From the NCBI GenBank assembly GCA_964432275.1, contig CAYSMH010000003.1, positions 6,718-70,717 on the forward strand: 64,000 bases of DNA, in the 5' to 3' direction. Below the pieces are notes generated by a model. It saw only the letters and a list, made by a program, of their open reading frames with translations. It ran no database searches and was not told the DNA's origin. Each line of letters opens with the position of its first letter. The first letter of the stretch is position 1. Shown here piece after piece: positions 1-8,771 of this stretch. The position numbers were made by a program, and so were the translations under genes. This DNA comes from an uncultured Candidatus Saccharibacteria bacterium (lineage in GTDB: Bacteria; Patescibacteriota; Minisyncoccia; Phycocordibacterales; UBA9973).

Positions 1-1095
1 ACGGTAGTTGCAAGACTTCGTGCAGCTGGTGCAGTGATCATTGGTCGCACAAACATGGATGAGTTTGCGATGGGTTCTAGTACCGAGAACTCTGCATACG
101 GTGTGACTAAAAATCCAATCAATGAAACCAAGGTTCCCGGAGGATCATCTGGAGGATCAGCAGCTGCAGTTGCAGCTGGACTCGCAGTCGTGTCACTCGG
201 GTCTGATACGGGAGGAAGCATCCGACAACCAGCCGCATTTTGTGGAGTAGTCGGTATATTGCCGACCTATGGTACTGTGTCACGACATGGACTGATGGCA
301 ATGGGCTCGTCACTTGATGTGATTGGTCCATTTGCACATACGACAGCAGATGCACAGATCGTCTACGACGTCATCAGGGGTAAAGATCAGTATGACAGTA
401 CGTCTGTACAGAGCGGTGTAGCAAAACCTCTTACCAAGAAACTCGCGGTGCCCAAAGGAATATTTGATGCAGGAGGAGTAGATAGTGAAGTCAAGCACAA
501 CTTTGAGGAAATGATAGAGAAACTCAAAGCTGAAGGCTATACCGTTGACGAAATAGATCTTCCTCATTTCAAAAATGCACTTGCTGTCTACTACATACTC
601 ATGCCAGCAGAAGTCTCGTCGAACCTCGCACGGTTTGATGGTGTGCGTTATGGTCCGAGAGTTGAGGGTGGCAAGATCCGAGACTTGTACACGACAACTC
701 GAGGGACCCTGTTTGGAGAGGAAGTCCGTCGTCGTATACTGCTCGGTACCTACGTGCTCTCACATGGCTACTACGATGCGTACTACAACAAAGCAATAGC
801 AGTGCGTCATGTGATCAAGCGTGAGCTTGCAGATGCATTTGCTACCTACGATGCGATTCTTACGCCTACCACACCATCTCCTGCATTTGGTATTGGAGAC
901 AAGATAGCTGATCCTATCGCGATGTATCTCTCTGATCTGTACACTGTCCCCGCCAACATCGCACAAGTGCCCGCTATTTCTATACCCAGTGGTACGACCA
1001 GTAGTGGGTTGCCGATAGGTATGCAAATCATCGGTGCGCCGCATGCCGAAGATACACTGTTTGCACTCGGTGAGACACTCGAGCGAATCCGCTAA
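1..1095 (+). CDS. gatA: Glutamyl-tRNA(Gln) amidotransferase subunit A (GatA), 5' end runs off the window start
   Basis: Frame 1 is open from base 1. Amidase signature GSSGGSAAAVAAG...GSDTGGSIRQPAAFCGVVG is present, and the NMDEFAMGSSTENS motif is typical of GatA. Confidence 0.85.
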   Translation, partial: TVVARLRAAGAVIIGRTNMDEFAMGSSTENSAYGVTKNPINETKVPGGSSGGSAAAVAAGLAVVSLGSDTGGSIRQPAAFCGVVGILPTYGTVSRHGLMAMGSSLDVIGPFAHTTADAQIVYDVIRGKDQYDSTSVQSGVAKPLTKKLAVPKGIFDAGGVDSEVKHNFEEMIEKLKAEGYTVDEIDLPHFKNALAVYYILMPAEVSSNLARFDGVRYGPRVEGGKIRDLYTTTRGTLFGEEVRRRILLGTYVLSHGYYDAYYNKAIAVRHVIKRELADAFATYDAILTPTTPSPAFGIGDKIADPIAMYLSDLYTVPANIAQVPAISIPSGTTSSGLPIGMQIIGAPHAEDTLFALGETLERIR

Positions 1096-1113
1096 ATATG
1101 CGATACTAGTACT

Positions 1114-1752
1114 ATGCAATCAAACGTACCAGAGCCCATATTTCTCAACGTTGAGTATATCTTTTCGTGGCTGTGGGGACACATCTTTGGGCCACTGTTT
1201 TCACAGAACACGATCGCGTTCTTACAGTTTTTGCTATCGATATTGATCATCATCGGTATCACGATCATTTTGTACAGTCTGGTGCGCATTCATGAAATGA
1301 AGCAAGACGATGAACGCAAGTCTGCAAAAGCAAAAAAAGAAAAAAGTCCTGCACTAGTTTCTACGCAGGGCAAGGGGGGCGGTATGGAGTTACCAGGAGC
1401 TACTGCTGCGATGGGTGAAGCACAAATTATTGCTCGCAATGAAACATGGGAACATATTCGTAGCAAGCTACTTTCTGAGAGTCAGAGTGATTGGCGACTC
1501 GCAATCATAGAGGCTGACATCTACCTCGATCGGGTACTCGATACACGCGGGGTACCAGGAGACACACTTGGTGACAAGCTCAAAAATGTATCTCCCGACA
1601 TACTGCCGTCGGTGCAAATAGCTTGGGAAGCACACAAGGTGCGCAACCGTATCGCGCATGATGGCGCAGACTTTGCGCTCACGATGCCTGAATCTCGACG
1701 TGTATTGTCATATTTTGAAATAGTGTTTCGCGACCTTCAGGTGATCGAATAA
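1114..1752 (+). CDS. Hypothetical membrane-anchored protein (N-terminal TM helix, Lys-rich linker, C-terminal globular domain)
   Basis: 212-aa ORF with one hydrophobic segment. I recognise no family. Confidence 0.45.
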   Translation: MQSNVPEPIFLNVEYIFSWLWGHIFGPLFSQNTIAFLQFLLSILIIIGITIILYSLVRIHEMKQDDERKSAKAKKEKSPALVSTQGKGGGMELPGATAAMGEAQIIARNETWEHIRSKLLSESQSDWRLAIIEADIYLDRVLDTRGVPGDTLGDKLKNVSPDILPSVQIAWEAHKVRNRIAHDGADFALTMPESRRVLSYFEIVFRDLQVIE

Positions 1753-1802
1753 CTTGCACATGTGTACATCGTCTTGTATGATGTGCATCTGTACACATAT
1801 AT

Positions 1803-1873
1803 CGCGGGGTAGAGAAGAGGTATCTCGTAAGGCTCATAACCTTAAGACCCACGTTCGATTCGTGGCCCCGCAA
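1803..1873 (+). tRNA. tRNA-Met, initiator type (anticodon CAT, C1-A72 mismatch)
   Basis: Cloverleaf folds by eye: acceptor CGCGGGG/CCCCGC(A), anticodon stem TAAGG/CCTTA with loop CTCATAA, T-arm CCACG-TTCGATT-CGTGG. The 5' CGCGGGG and 3' CCCCGCAAC ends mirror the E. coli tRNA-fMet ends. Confidence 0.7.
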
Positions 1874-1882
1874 CAATCAAGC

Positions 1883-1912
1883 AAAAATCCCTATACAACA
1901 TAGGGATTTTTG
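1883..1912 (+). terminator. Rho-independent terminator (stem ATCCCTAT/ATAGGGAT followed by a T-run)
   Basis: Perfect 8-bp stem flanked by A/T runs, immediately after the tRNA. Confidence 0.6.
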
Positions 1913-2063
1913 CTATTGATGCCAATCATAATGGCGCGGACTGGTGGCCGAAGTGAGAACTGCAATTATCGCCCAGTATGAGCAAAACTTGCCGTGATAC
2001 TATCTTCGGCATTCGGAAGCCGAACTGCCGTCATATTCGCCAGAAGCCGTTTTGATCGTATCA

Positions 2064-2095
2064 CAAAAAAATAACCCCTGTAAAAAATACAGGGG
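2064..2095 (-). terminator. Rho-independent terminator for the minus-strand gene 2156..2770
   Basis: Stem CCCCTGTA/TACAGGGG, followed on the minus strand by TTATTTTTTT. Confidence 0.6.
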
Positions 2096-2155
2096 TGAAG
2101 ATTTGTAAAATCTTCAAAAACTTTTTCAATTCAATTTTATACCGAGAGCAAAGTA

Positions 2156-2770
2156 CTAAATTGCAAACATAGCAGCAGGATAGCATAAGTTGAAGTCATT
2201 ACTGGTGATATTAGTGTTAGCATGATCCCACCTATTAGCATTACCGCCACTCCAAGACAGGTAACGGACATAGAGTTCATTACGAGTTTCCTTGTAACAG
2301 CCCCGGTAAATGGTTCCCCAGAAAAGGATCTTTTTTGATTTCCAGTGTTCAGGAATGAATTCAGGGTGTTTCAACAGAAAGTCCAACACATTTGCGTTCA
2401 GTACTTTTTTGCCTCTCAATTCTCCTCGTAATGCCCAGCAATCGATATTGGCAATCTGCTGCTGACGTGCGAGATAGAGTACAACATTTGAAACGTCAAA
2501 CTTGATAGTGCCGCCTTTTTGGTGTTCCTCTAATTTCAAACCGGTTGGAATAAACGGTTCTGCATCGCAGTCAATATCATGTTTAGTACCCTTTATTTCG
2601 TGGGTGCCATGCATTACGCCGAGGACCAATTTCATCAGATTTTCGTCTTTTGAAAAGTCGTCCATGTTTTTTGGTTCCCAACCTGCTTTTGCGGCTGAAA
2701 TTGTAACTTCCCCCATAAGGGTACAGCCAAACTCATTTGATTTTGCCATTGTTTTAGATTTGTGACACAT
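2156..2770 (-). CDS. Hypothetical protein, island-1 cargo (likely true start at MAKSNEF, ~2749)
   Basis: 204-aa ORF, no recognised family. It has its own terminator and lies in an AT-rich island. Confidence 0.5.
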   Translation of the reverse strand: MCHKSKTMAKSNEFGCTLMGEVTISAAKAGWEPKNMDDFSKDENLMKLVLGVMHGTHEIKGTKHDIDCDAEPFIPTGLKLEEHQKGGTIKFDVSNVVLYLARQQQIANIDCWALRGELRGKKVLNANVLDFLLKHPEFIPEHWKSKKILFWGTIYRGCYKETRNELYVRYLSWSGGNANRWDHANTNITSNDFNLCYPAAMFAI

Positions 2771-3011
2771 CCGCTTTTGGCGGACTCATCGGTGAAAAAT
2801 GTATTAAAGAACTGCTATTATTATAGCACTACTCTACTATATAGTCAAGTATGTTCCCCACCTTCTTGATTTGTAATAGTAATTATATGTAACTTTAGTT
2901 TCCACCCACGGACGAACTCGTGCTATGTGTATTGAGAGGTGTCCGTAAGTTGGTTCGTTATATCAGTCACTGGAAGTATCAAAAAGGAGCTGAAAGTGCT
3001 AAAATCTCACC

Positions 3012-3770
3012 ATGCCAAATCCAAAAGATGAGAAAAACACCTTTTTTGACTTCAGTAAACTCCCGCCAGAAAAGGGTATTCTCTTATTCCCGCTTTCTAT
3101 CAGTCTTTTGCGAAACCGACAAAATGCCGATAATCTCATAAAAGATCTCTATAAGTTTTATCCGTCGAAAATGAGCAAACCTCTTATTGGTGTGAATTAT
3201 GTCTACAGCGACTTCCTGTATCTGTATAGCAACAAGCCTGCCCCTGAGCTGAAGCAATCTTTTATGAGCCAGACCATAAAGCATAAAAACGAAATTCAGA
3301 ACATCGTTAAGAAGAATCATGTTGATTTTCAGATTCAGCACGCATTCAGCTTTTCGTCATGGAATCAGTTGTATCTAGGCACAAGTGATTTTGAATTAGC
3401 CTTTGATAAAATCAAAAAACTCTACGCCGAAGATACTCTTTTTCAAAAATATGTAGAGGAAGACTGTGTGTCATATGGAAGAGATATGGAAGAAAATCAG
3501 ACCAACTTCTTTTTAGAAGAAGCGCTTATGTTTTATATGATTCAAAAGAACCAAGTAAGGCTCCCAAATGAGTACATTGAAAATCATCAACAGTGGGTAT
3601 TGCTTTGTTACCCAGGACGACCACTAAAAACAATTGTGTATCTAGCACAGCTTAATCCTTTGAAATTAGAATGGTCTGAAAATCCATATGAGAATGCATT
3701 TTACGATTTAGAATCAAAGCAGCTTATTGAGTACGATCGAGTTGATCTTGATACGTATACACTAAAGTAA
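3012..3770 (+). CDS. Hypothetical protein, island-1 cargo
   Basis: 252-aa ORF in a very AT-rich region, followed by a bidirectional terminator. I see only weak, unverified resemblance to cyclodipeptide synthases (see findings). Confidence 0.5.
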   Translation: MPNPKDEKNTFFDFSKLPPEKGILLFPLSISLLRNRQNADNLIKDLYKFYPSKMSKPLIGVNYVYSDFLYLYSNKPAPELKQSFMSQTIKHKNEIQNIVKKNHVDFQIQHAFSFSSWNQLYLGTSDFELAFDKIKKLYAEDTLFQKYVEEDCVSYGRDMEENQTNFFLEEALMFYMIQKNQVRLPNEYIENHQQWVLLCYPGRPLKTIVYLAQLNPLKLEWSENPYENAFYDLESKQLIEYDRVDLDTYTLK

Positions 3771-3804
3771 CCTTGGATTTATCTGGTTAGAATTGTTATG
3801 CAAT

Positions 3805-3832
3805 AAAAAACCACACATGTTGTGGTTTTTTA
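3805..3832. terminator. Bidirectional rho-independent terminator (AAAAAACCACA-CATGT-TGTGGTTTTTT)
   Basis: Perfect stem flanked by A and T runs. Confidence 0.6.
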
Positions 3833-3908
3833 TTGCTAGAAAAATCTGGGGCTTTTTGATCAAAAGTGCTAGGATACGCATATTGACCATAAATTACTAT
3901 TACTATCA

Positions 3909-6146
3909 ATGGCTGCCACAGAAAAAACTACAAAAAATGTTCGGCGAAGTAATGTATTTTCATACATAAAAACGACACACGATTTGCTCCAGCACAGAGA
4001 GTTATTTCAAAAAGTTTTAGCCATACTGGGCGATTTGAAATCTATTCATCCAAAGCATACCTATACCTATCCCACAGAGGAACGAAACGATGATCTGGTC
4101 CAGCTTTTAATCGATCTCAAAATCGCCTCATACGATTGGGAAGAAATGGAGAAGCAAACGCACCGCGCGGTCGGAAATCGAATAATCGAGTTCCGTTTTG
4201 ACGGGAGTAAAGTCATTGAACTTGTTGATCGCGTTTCAGGTAAGCATAGCCGTATACGGAAAGAAACTCTTGAACTTATTTCAAAAGATATTGGGGAGAG
4301 GTTTACGCTCAATAAGATTGTCGAGATATTTACCGACATTGGGACACCAGAAAGCATGTTTACTCAAGACACCAAATGGCGGGCTGTTTTTTATATCCTC
4401 TCCTTCTACACCACATCAAAAGATTCGAAAGATATTTTGATGTTCTTGAAAATACTTGAACGGTTCGTTCATCCACTTTCGTTTGGCGGCGATGAAACAA
4501 AAGCCAAAGAAACTGAAGAAAAATATAATAAATGGCTCAAGTATGACCGATTCGGAATAAAGACCGGCAAAGCGTTCATTGGTCCAACCGAAGAAGAAAT
4601 TGACCTTGGTATGGATGAGTGGACCAATTCGGATGGCGAAAGCTTCGAAACAAGAGGATTGACAATATCACCAGATGATGTCGCTCGATTGTGGGTTTTT
4701 TGGACTCAGGTAGTCTTAATTGTGAGTGCGTATGAAGGCAATCAGGGACTTGACCGCGATGAGCTTGAGAAGCTGTATCTGGAACTCATAGCGAAAGCGG
4801 AGCAATTGATTGATCGGGGCGATCTCGGGGATTTAAAACAATCCTACAAACGACCGTTCAACAGTCTTGTAACTGCCGAGATTGAAGCACGGTCAAAAGG
4901 ATTCAATAGCCCTTATGAACTAGCTGGTATTTTTCTGATTATAGTGGGTCAAATGCAACCAGATGCTACTGAAATTCAAAAAGAACGAGAGGAACATGCC
5001 GATCTGATCAAGCGTGTCGCCTCTGCAACTCGCGCTATTAGTGGAGAAAAAATCAATATTGCAAAATTATCCTACGAGCAAGCTCTTTTCATACTGAAAC
5101 TATATGTGACTTATATCTCGAACATATTTGAAGCGGTCGCAAGTGGAAACGTAAAAATTACTGACAGTGCCCTTAACGCAAAATATATCCTATTTACCGA
5201 CTCTGTTGAGCAAATCCTCAACAGGAATGATTTTGCCAAACTCAAAAAACAACAGCCTGATTATCTACCAGAACATCTCTATATTGGGGCGGATGAAATG
5301 GAAACATGGTTTGAGTATGGTGGGCAACCAGCCATCATGAGCTTTATCGGAGCAATCGAAAGCGCCTGGGTGAGAAGCGGGCAGCAATCATTTCCTATAT
5401 CTCTCGCTCTCAATAATCAACTAACGGAAACAGACGAGATCATTTCTCGGCACAAGAAATATAAGTCAGAAAAATGGAAACAGATCACTAAAAACCTCGA
5501 CGGCATGAAGGATGAGATGTTTGGTGGCAATAACAAAAAGGAGGAACCGAAAACTGAGCCCGATACACCTAAAAAAGTTATTCACGAACACCTCCATCGT
5601 TTCGAGAATAGCATCCAAGAAAAGGATATTGCATTCAACCACACGTTTTTTGAAGGCGACACTGAGGGAACGGTAGTTAAGAACAAAAAGAAGATTGTGC
5701 TTCCAAAGTTTCCTGCAACCCCCTACGAACAGATTTCGATCCGCTTTCTAACTGATCAAGATGTCCTAATCACAACCCCCAAGAAACAGGTTAGCTCAAA
5801 CTATGAAGCTCTTGGGTTTTCAAATGACAAAGAGAAGAAGCCTAACACTGCATGGGTACTCTTATTACTTCTGGCAAAGAATGGTGGCGAAATCAAAACA
5901 TCAAAGCCTATTCCTGATACGTTACGCCAACAGAAGCGCCAAATCTCTGATCAATTTAAGCTCATATTTAGAAACTCGCAGGACCCGTTTGAGGATTTTT
6001 CTGACACAAATTCTTATCGCTTAAAAATCAAGCTCGAAGTTGTTGGCAAAGATGAAGCCCCTGATCCGCTCGGTACCCAAGAATACCTCGATGAAACCAT
6101 GACCGAAGGAGCAGAAAACTACGGTCGTGATTTCACGCAATTTTAA
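3909..6146 (+). CDS. Large orphan hypothetical protein (745 aa), island-1 cargo
   Basis: Long uninterrupted ORF, Lys/Glu-rich, no recognisable catalytic motifs, followed by a terminator. Confidence 0.6.
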   Translation: MAATEKTTKNVRRSNVFSYIKTTHDLLQHRELFQKVLAILGDLKSIHPKHTYTYPTEERNDDLVQLLIDLKIASYDWEEMEKQTHRAVGNRIIEFRFDGSKVIELVDRVSGKHSRIRKETLELISKDIGERFTLNKIVEIFTDIGTPESMFTQDTKWRAVFYILSFYTTSKDSKDILMFLKILERFVHPLSFGGDETKAKETEEKYNKWLKYDRFGIKTGKAFIGPTEEEIDLGMDEWTNSDGESFETRGLTISPDDVARLWVFWTQVVLIVSAYEGNQGLDRDELEKLYLELIAKAEQLIDRGDLGDLKQSYKRPFNSLVTAEIEARSKGFNSPYELAGIFLIIVGQMQPDATEIQKEREEHADLIKRVASATRAISGEKINIAKLSYEQALFILKLYVTYISNIFEAVASGNVKITDSALNAKYILFTDSVEQILNRNDFAKLKKQQPDYLPEHLYIGADEMETWFEYGGQPAIMSFIGAIESAWVRSGQQSFPISLALNNQLTETDEIISRHKKYKSEKWKQITKNLDGMKDEMFGGNNKKEEPKTEPDTPKKVIHEHLHRFENSIQEKDIAFNHTFFEGDTEGTVVKNKKKIVLPKFPATPYEQISIRFLTDQDVLITTPKKQVSSNYEALGFSNDKEKKPNTAWVLLLLLAKNGGEIKTSKPIPDTLRQQKRQISDQFKLIFRNSQDPFEDFSDTNSYRLKIKLEVVGKDEAPDPLGTQEYLDETMTEGAENYGRDFTQF

Positions 6147-6165
6147 CTAAATACAGAAACCCAAT

Positions 6166-6194
6166 AAAACACTGGCTATAAGGCCAGTGTTTTT
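6166..6194 (+). terminator. Rho-independent terminator (AAAACACTGGC/GCCAGTGTTTT)
   Basis: 11-bp perfect stem followed by a T-run. Confidence 0.6.
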
Positions 6195-6267
6195 CGTTCA
6201 TCGTGATTTTTCACCCTATACATATGAGAGCACAAAACTCTCATATTACTCACTAGCAATTATTACT

Positions 6268-6549
6268 ATGACAAAAAAGAAAATGTCAGCGAGCGAGCAA
6301 AATCTGCTCAATGACCCGTCTGTTGTTTTTACAACGTATGACCTTGGTGTATCAGCCGCACTCCTCTGTGCGGATTTTGAGCTTCTGGCGGTCCAAAAAA
6401 CCAATCCGCGCAAAGCCCTGTTCGTTTTTAAGAAAGAAAAAGGTATCGAAGATGCAGCAAATAGCTACTTCTCCGATCGTCTCAAAGTCAAAGCACGGTC
6501 GTATTTTGACCATCTCAAGGCACTCAAGAACAAACTCTACAGCGAATAG
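6268..6549 (+). CDS. Small hypothetical protein (start moved downstream of the terminator to MTKKKMSAS)
   Basis: The ORF-track start at 6187 lies upstream of/within the terminator region. An in-frame ATG at 6268 follows it. Confidence 0.4.
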   Translation: MTKKKMSASEQNLLNDPSVVFTTYDLGVSAALLCADFELLAVQKTNPRKALFVFKKEKGIEDAANSYFSDRLKVKARSYFDHLKALKNKLYSE

Positions 6550-6552
6550 TTC

Positions 6553-6732
6553 ATGGTTCTTTCAGACGAGAAAATCAAAGAGTTCCAAGAGTTATACAAA
6601 GAACACTTTGGAGTAGAGATCAGCAAAGCGGATGCCTATGAAAATGGCACAAAGCTTTTGCGACTGATCTCACTGATTTATCGTCCAATCGAACAAGATG
6701 AAGATGAGCTCAATGAGATTAACACCCGCTAA
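6553..6732 (+). CDS. Small hypothetical protein (59 aa, acidic C-terminus)
   Basis: Short ORF packed tightly between neighbouring genes. It is below the ORF-track length cutoff. Confidence 0.25.
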   Translation: MVLSDEKIKEFQELYKEHFGVEISKADAYENGTKLLRLISLIYRPIEQDEDELNEINTR

Positions 6733-6737
6733 ATCCA

Positions 6738-7082
6738 ATGACAAAAATCAACCGCCAAAAAATCTGCGGTTCGATGAGCTACACCATCAACGAGATGTCA
6801 GAGTATTTGGGTATCAACAAAAAAACTTGCCTACGCTGGATCGAGAACGGACTGCCGATCGTTCCTGGCAGCAAGAAACCAATTCTTATGCTCGGCTCAC
6901 AGATCAAGGAGTTTTTGCGAAAGAAAGACTCAAAGAAGAAAGTTGAGCTTAAGAGAAACGAGTTTTATTGCCTCAGATGCAAAGCCCCTCGGAGAGCAAA
7001 ACGTGGCTCAATCAAGCGATTGGCGCATCACAAAACGAGCATTTGTAGTGTCTGTAGCGGGAAAATGAGTCGGACAATCTAA
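6738..7082 (+). CDS. HTH DNA-binding protein with C-terminal CxxC...CxxC zinc ribbon
   Basis: The N-terminal segment MSEYLGINKKTCLRWIENGLP resembles excisionase/MerR-type HTH. The C-terminal CLRC...CSVCSG fits a zinc ribbon. Confidence 0.5.
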   Translation: MTKINRQKICGSMSYTINEMSEYLGINKKTCLRWIENGLPIVPGSKKPILMLGSQIKEFLRKKDSKKKVELKRNEFYCLRCKAPRRAKRGSIKRLAHHKTSICSVCSGKMSRTI

Positions 7083-7202
7083 CTCTCCCAAAAGGACTAA
7101 ATGATATTCTCGATACCAACTTAAATGTCCATTATGACCCTCGTTATGTTCCTACATATTAACGACAAAAATTATCCATTATAAACACTAAAAAGTTACC
7201 CT

Positions 7203-7436
7203 ATGACTACGCCACAAATCGAAGAAAAAATAACTCTCAACATCAGCGCTAGAAATCTACCATTTGTCATATCGGCACTTGAGTCAGAGATAGAGCATCT
7301 AAACAAAATCCAAAAGGCATGCGTCAAGAAAAAGCAGTTCCAAGCAGCAAACGATTTACTGCCCAACATCATGTTACTGGAGAATATGGTGAAATACCTG
7401 AAACCTTTCAAGCCCACCCCTTTACCATTCAAATAA
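7203..7436 (+). CDS. Small hypothetical protein
   Basis: 77-aa ORF immediately upstream of the integrase. Confidence 0.3.
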   Translation: MTTPQIEEKITLNISARNLPFVISALESEIEHLNKIQKACVKKKQFQAANDLLPNIMLLENMVKYLKPFKPTPLPFK

Positions 7437-7443
7437 CCCATCC

Positions 7444-8559
7444 ATGACAAACACTATGTATGAAAACGAAATAGCTAAAAGAGCTTTTTTCGAGCACTTA
7501 AAAGGGGCTAAAGGATTTTCGAGAAGTTCGATCCGTACCCACGCAGAGGCGGTCAATCAATGGGAAATCTTTACAAAAAATGATTACTTTTCTACCTACG
7601 ATAAATCCAAAGCTACCTCTTTTACTGACTGGCTTGCTAGTCGACCAGCTAAAACAAAATCTGGAACGATTTCACTGGTCACGCAGTACAACTACCTACG
7701 TCGTGTAAAAAAGTTCTTTACATGGCTATGCGACCAATCAAAGTATAGAAGTAAGATTGTAAAAAGCGATGTTGAGTACTTGCGCCTTTCAAAAGCCGAT
7801 GCTCAAATTGCACGTTCGGGGACGACAAAGAAAATGCCAACCTTCGAGGACGTTAAAAAGATAATCGAGAGTATTGGTGAAAAGTCTGAAATCGACATGC
7901 GTGACAGAGCGCTCATCTCCTTTGCGCTCATCACGGGTGGCCGCATTTCTGCCATAGTCTCGCTCAAGATGAAGAACTTTGACAAAGAGCTCAAGCAGAT
8001 CGATCAAAACCCAGGAGACGGCGTAAAGACCAAGAACTCAAAAAGAATACTCACCACCTTTTTCCCAATCGGTTGGGACGAACCTGAAAAATACTTCATG
8101 GAATGGTATGACTATCTCATTTCAAAGGACTTTCAATCAGATGACCCTATCTTCCCAGTGACCGCTGGTTCATTCGTAAGCGGAGAACATAGCTACAGCA
8201 AGGAAACCGTTGGACAGGATGCCTGGAGCGGCACAGGAGCCGCACGCAAGATATTTGAGAAGCGATGCAAAAATGCTGGACTACCATATTTCCACCCGCA
8301 CTCATTCCGTCATTTGGTTGTGAACATCCTTAGCAAGAAACGCCTCACCGAAGAAGAGAAACGTGCAATCAGCATGAACCTCGGACATGAAAATGTTGGT
8401 ACAACGTTTGGATCATATGGCTACGGAAGTATGAGCAATGAAAGCGCGGTGAAGATTGTTCAAAAATTGAAAGACGTACAGGATGGCACCAGTAACAGCC
8501 TTATGTTATCAGAGCAGGAAAAAGCTCTGTTGGAGAGACTATTGAAGCGTATTTCATAA
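7444..8559 (+). CDS. Tyrosine-type site-specific recombinase/integrase
   Basis: C-terminal catalytic motifs HPHSFRHLVVN (H-x-x-R) and LGHENVGTTFGSYGY (catalytic Tyr), plus an N-terminal SAM-like domain. Confidence 0.8.
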   Translation: MTNTMYENEIAKRAFFEHLKGAKGFSRSSIRTHAEAVNQWEIFTKNDYFSTYDKSKATSFTDWLASRPAKTKSGTISLVTQYNYLRRVKKFFTWLCDQSKYRSKIVKSDVEYLRLSKADAQIARSGTTKKMPTFEDVKKIIESIGEKSEIDMRDRALISFALITGGRISAIVSLKMKNFDKELKQIDQNPGDGVKTKNSKRILTTFFPIGWDEPEKYFMEWYDYLISKDFQSDDPIFPVTAGSFVSGEHSYSKETVGQDAWSGTGAARKIFEKRCKNAGLPYFHPHSFRHLVVNILSKKRLTEEEKRAISMNLGHENVGTTFGSYGYGSMSNESAVKIVQKLKDVQDGTSNSLMLSEQEKALLERLLKRIS

Positions 8560-8596
8560 ACTTGCAATGTAAAGAATAGTAAAGTATCATAAAGAT

Positions 8597-8770
8597 ATGG
8601 AAAAAGATTTTTACACAGCCCGAGATTTGGCCGATAAGCTTGGTCTAAACATTATGACGATCTATCGATGGATCGATGCGAAAAAGCTCAAGGCATACAA
8701 ACTTGGCAAGGAGTTTCGCATTGAGAAAAAGGACTTTGATGCTTTCTTGAAAAAAGCGAGTACCAAATAA
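8597..8770 (+). CDS. Excisionase-family HTH DNA-binding protein (57 aa)
   Basis: MEKDFYTARDLADKLGLNIMTIYRWIDAKKLKAYKLGKEFRIEKKDF matches the helix-turn-helix excisionase family. It sits between the two recombinase genes. Confidence 0.6.
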   Translation: MEKDFYTARDLADKLGLNIMTIYRWIDAKKLKAYKLGKEFRIEKKDFDAFLKKASTK

Positions 8771-8771
8771 T

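Noticed and set aside
1921-2060. GC-richer ~140-bp segment just inside the island-1 left boundary, possibly a displaced gene fragment or att remnant
   Set aside because: Only ~20-codon ORFs occur on either strand and I could identify no repeat partner elsewhere in the window. There is insufficient evidence to call a feature.
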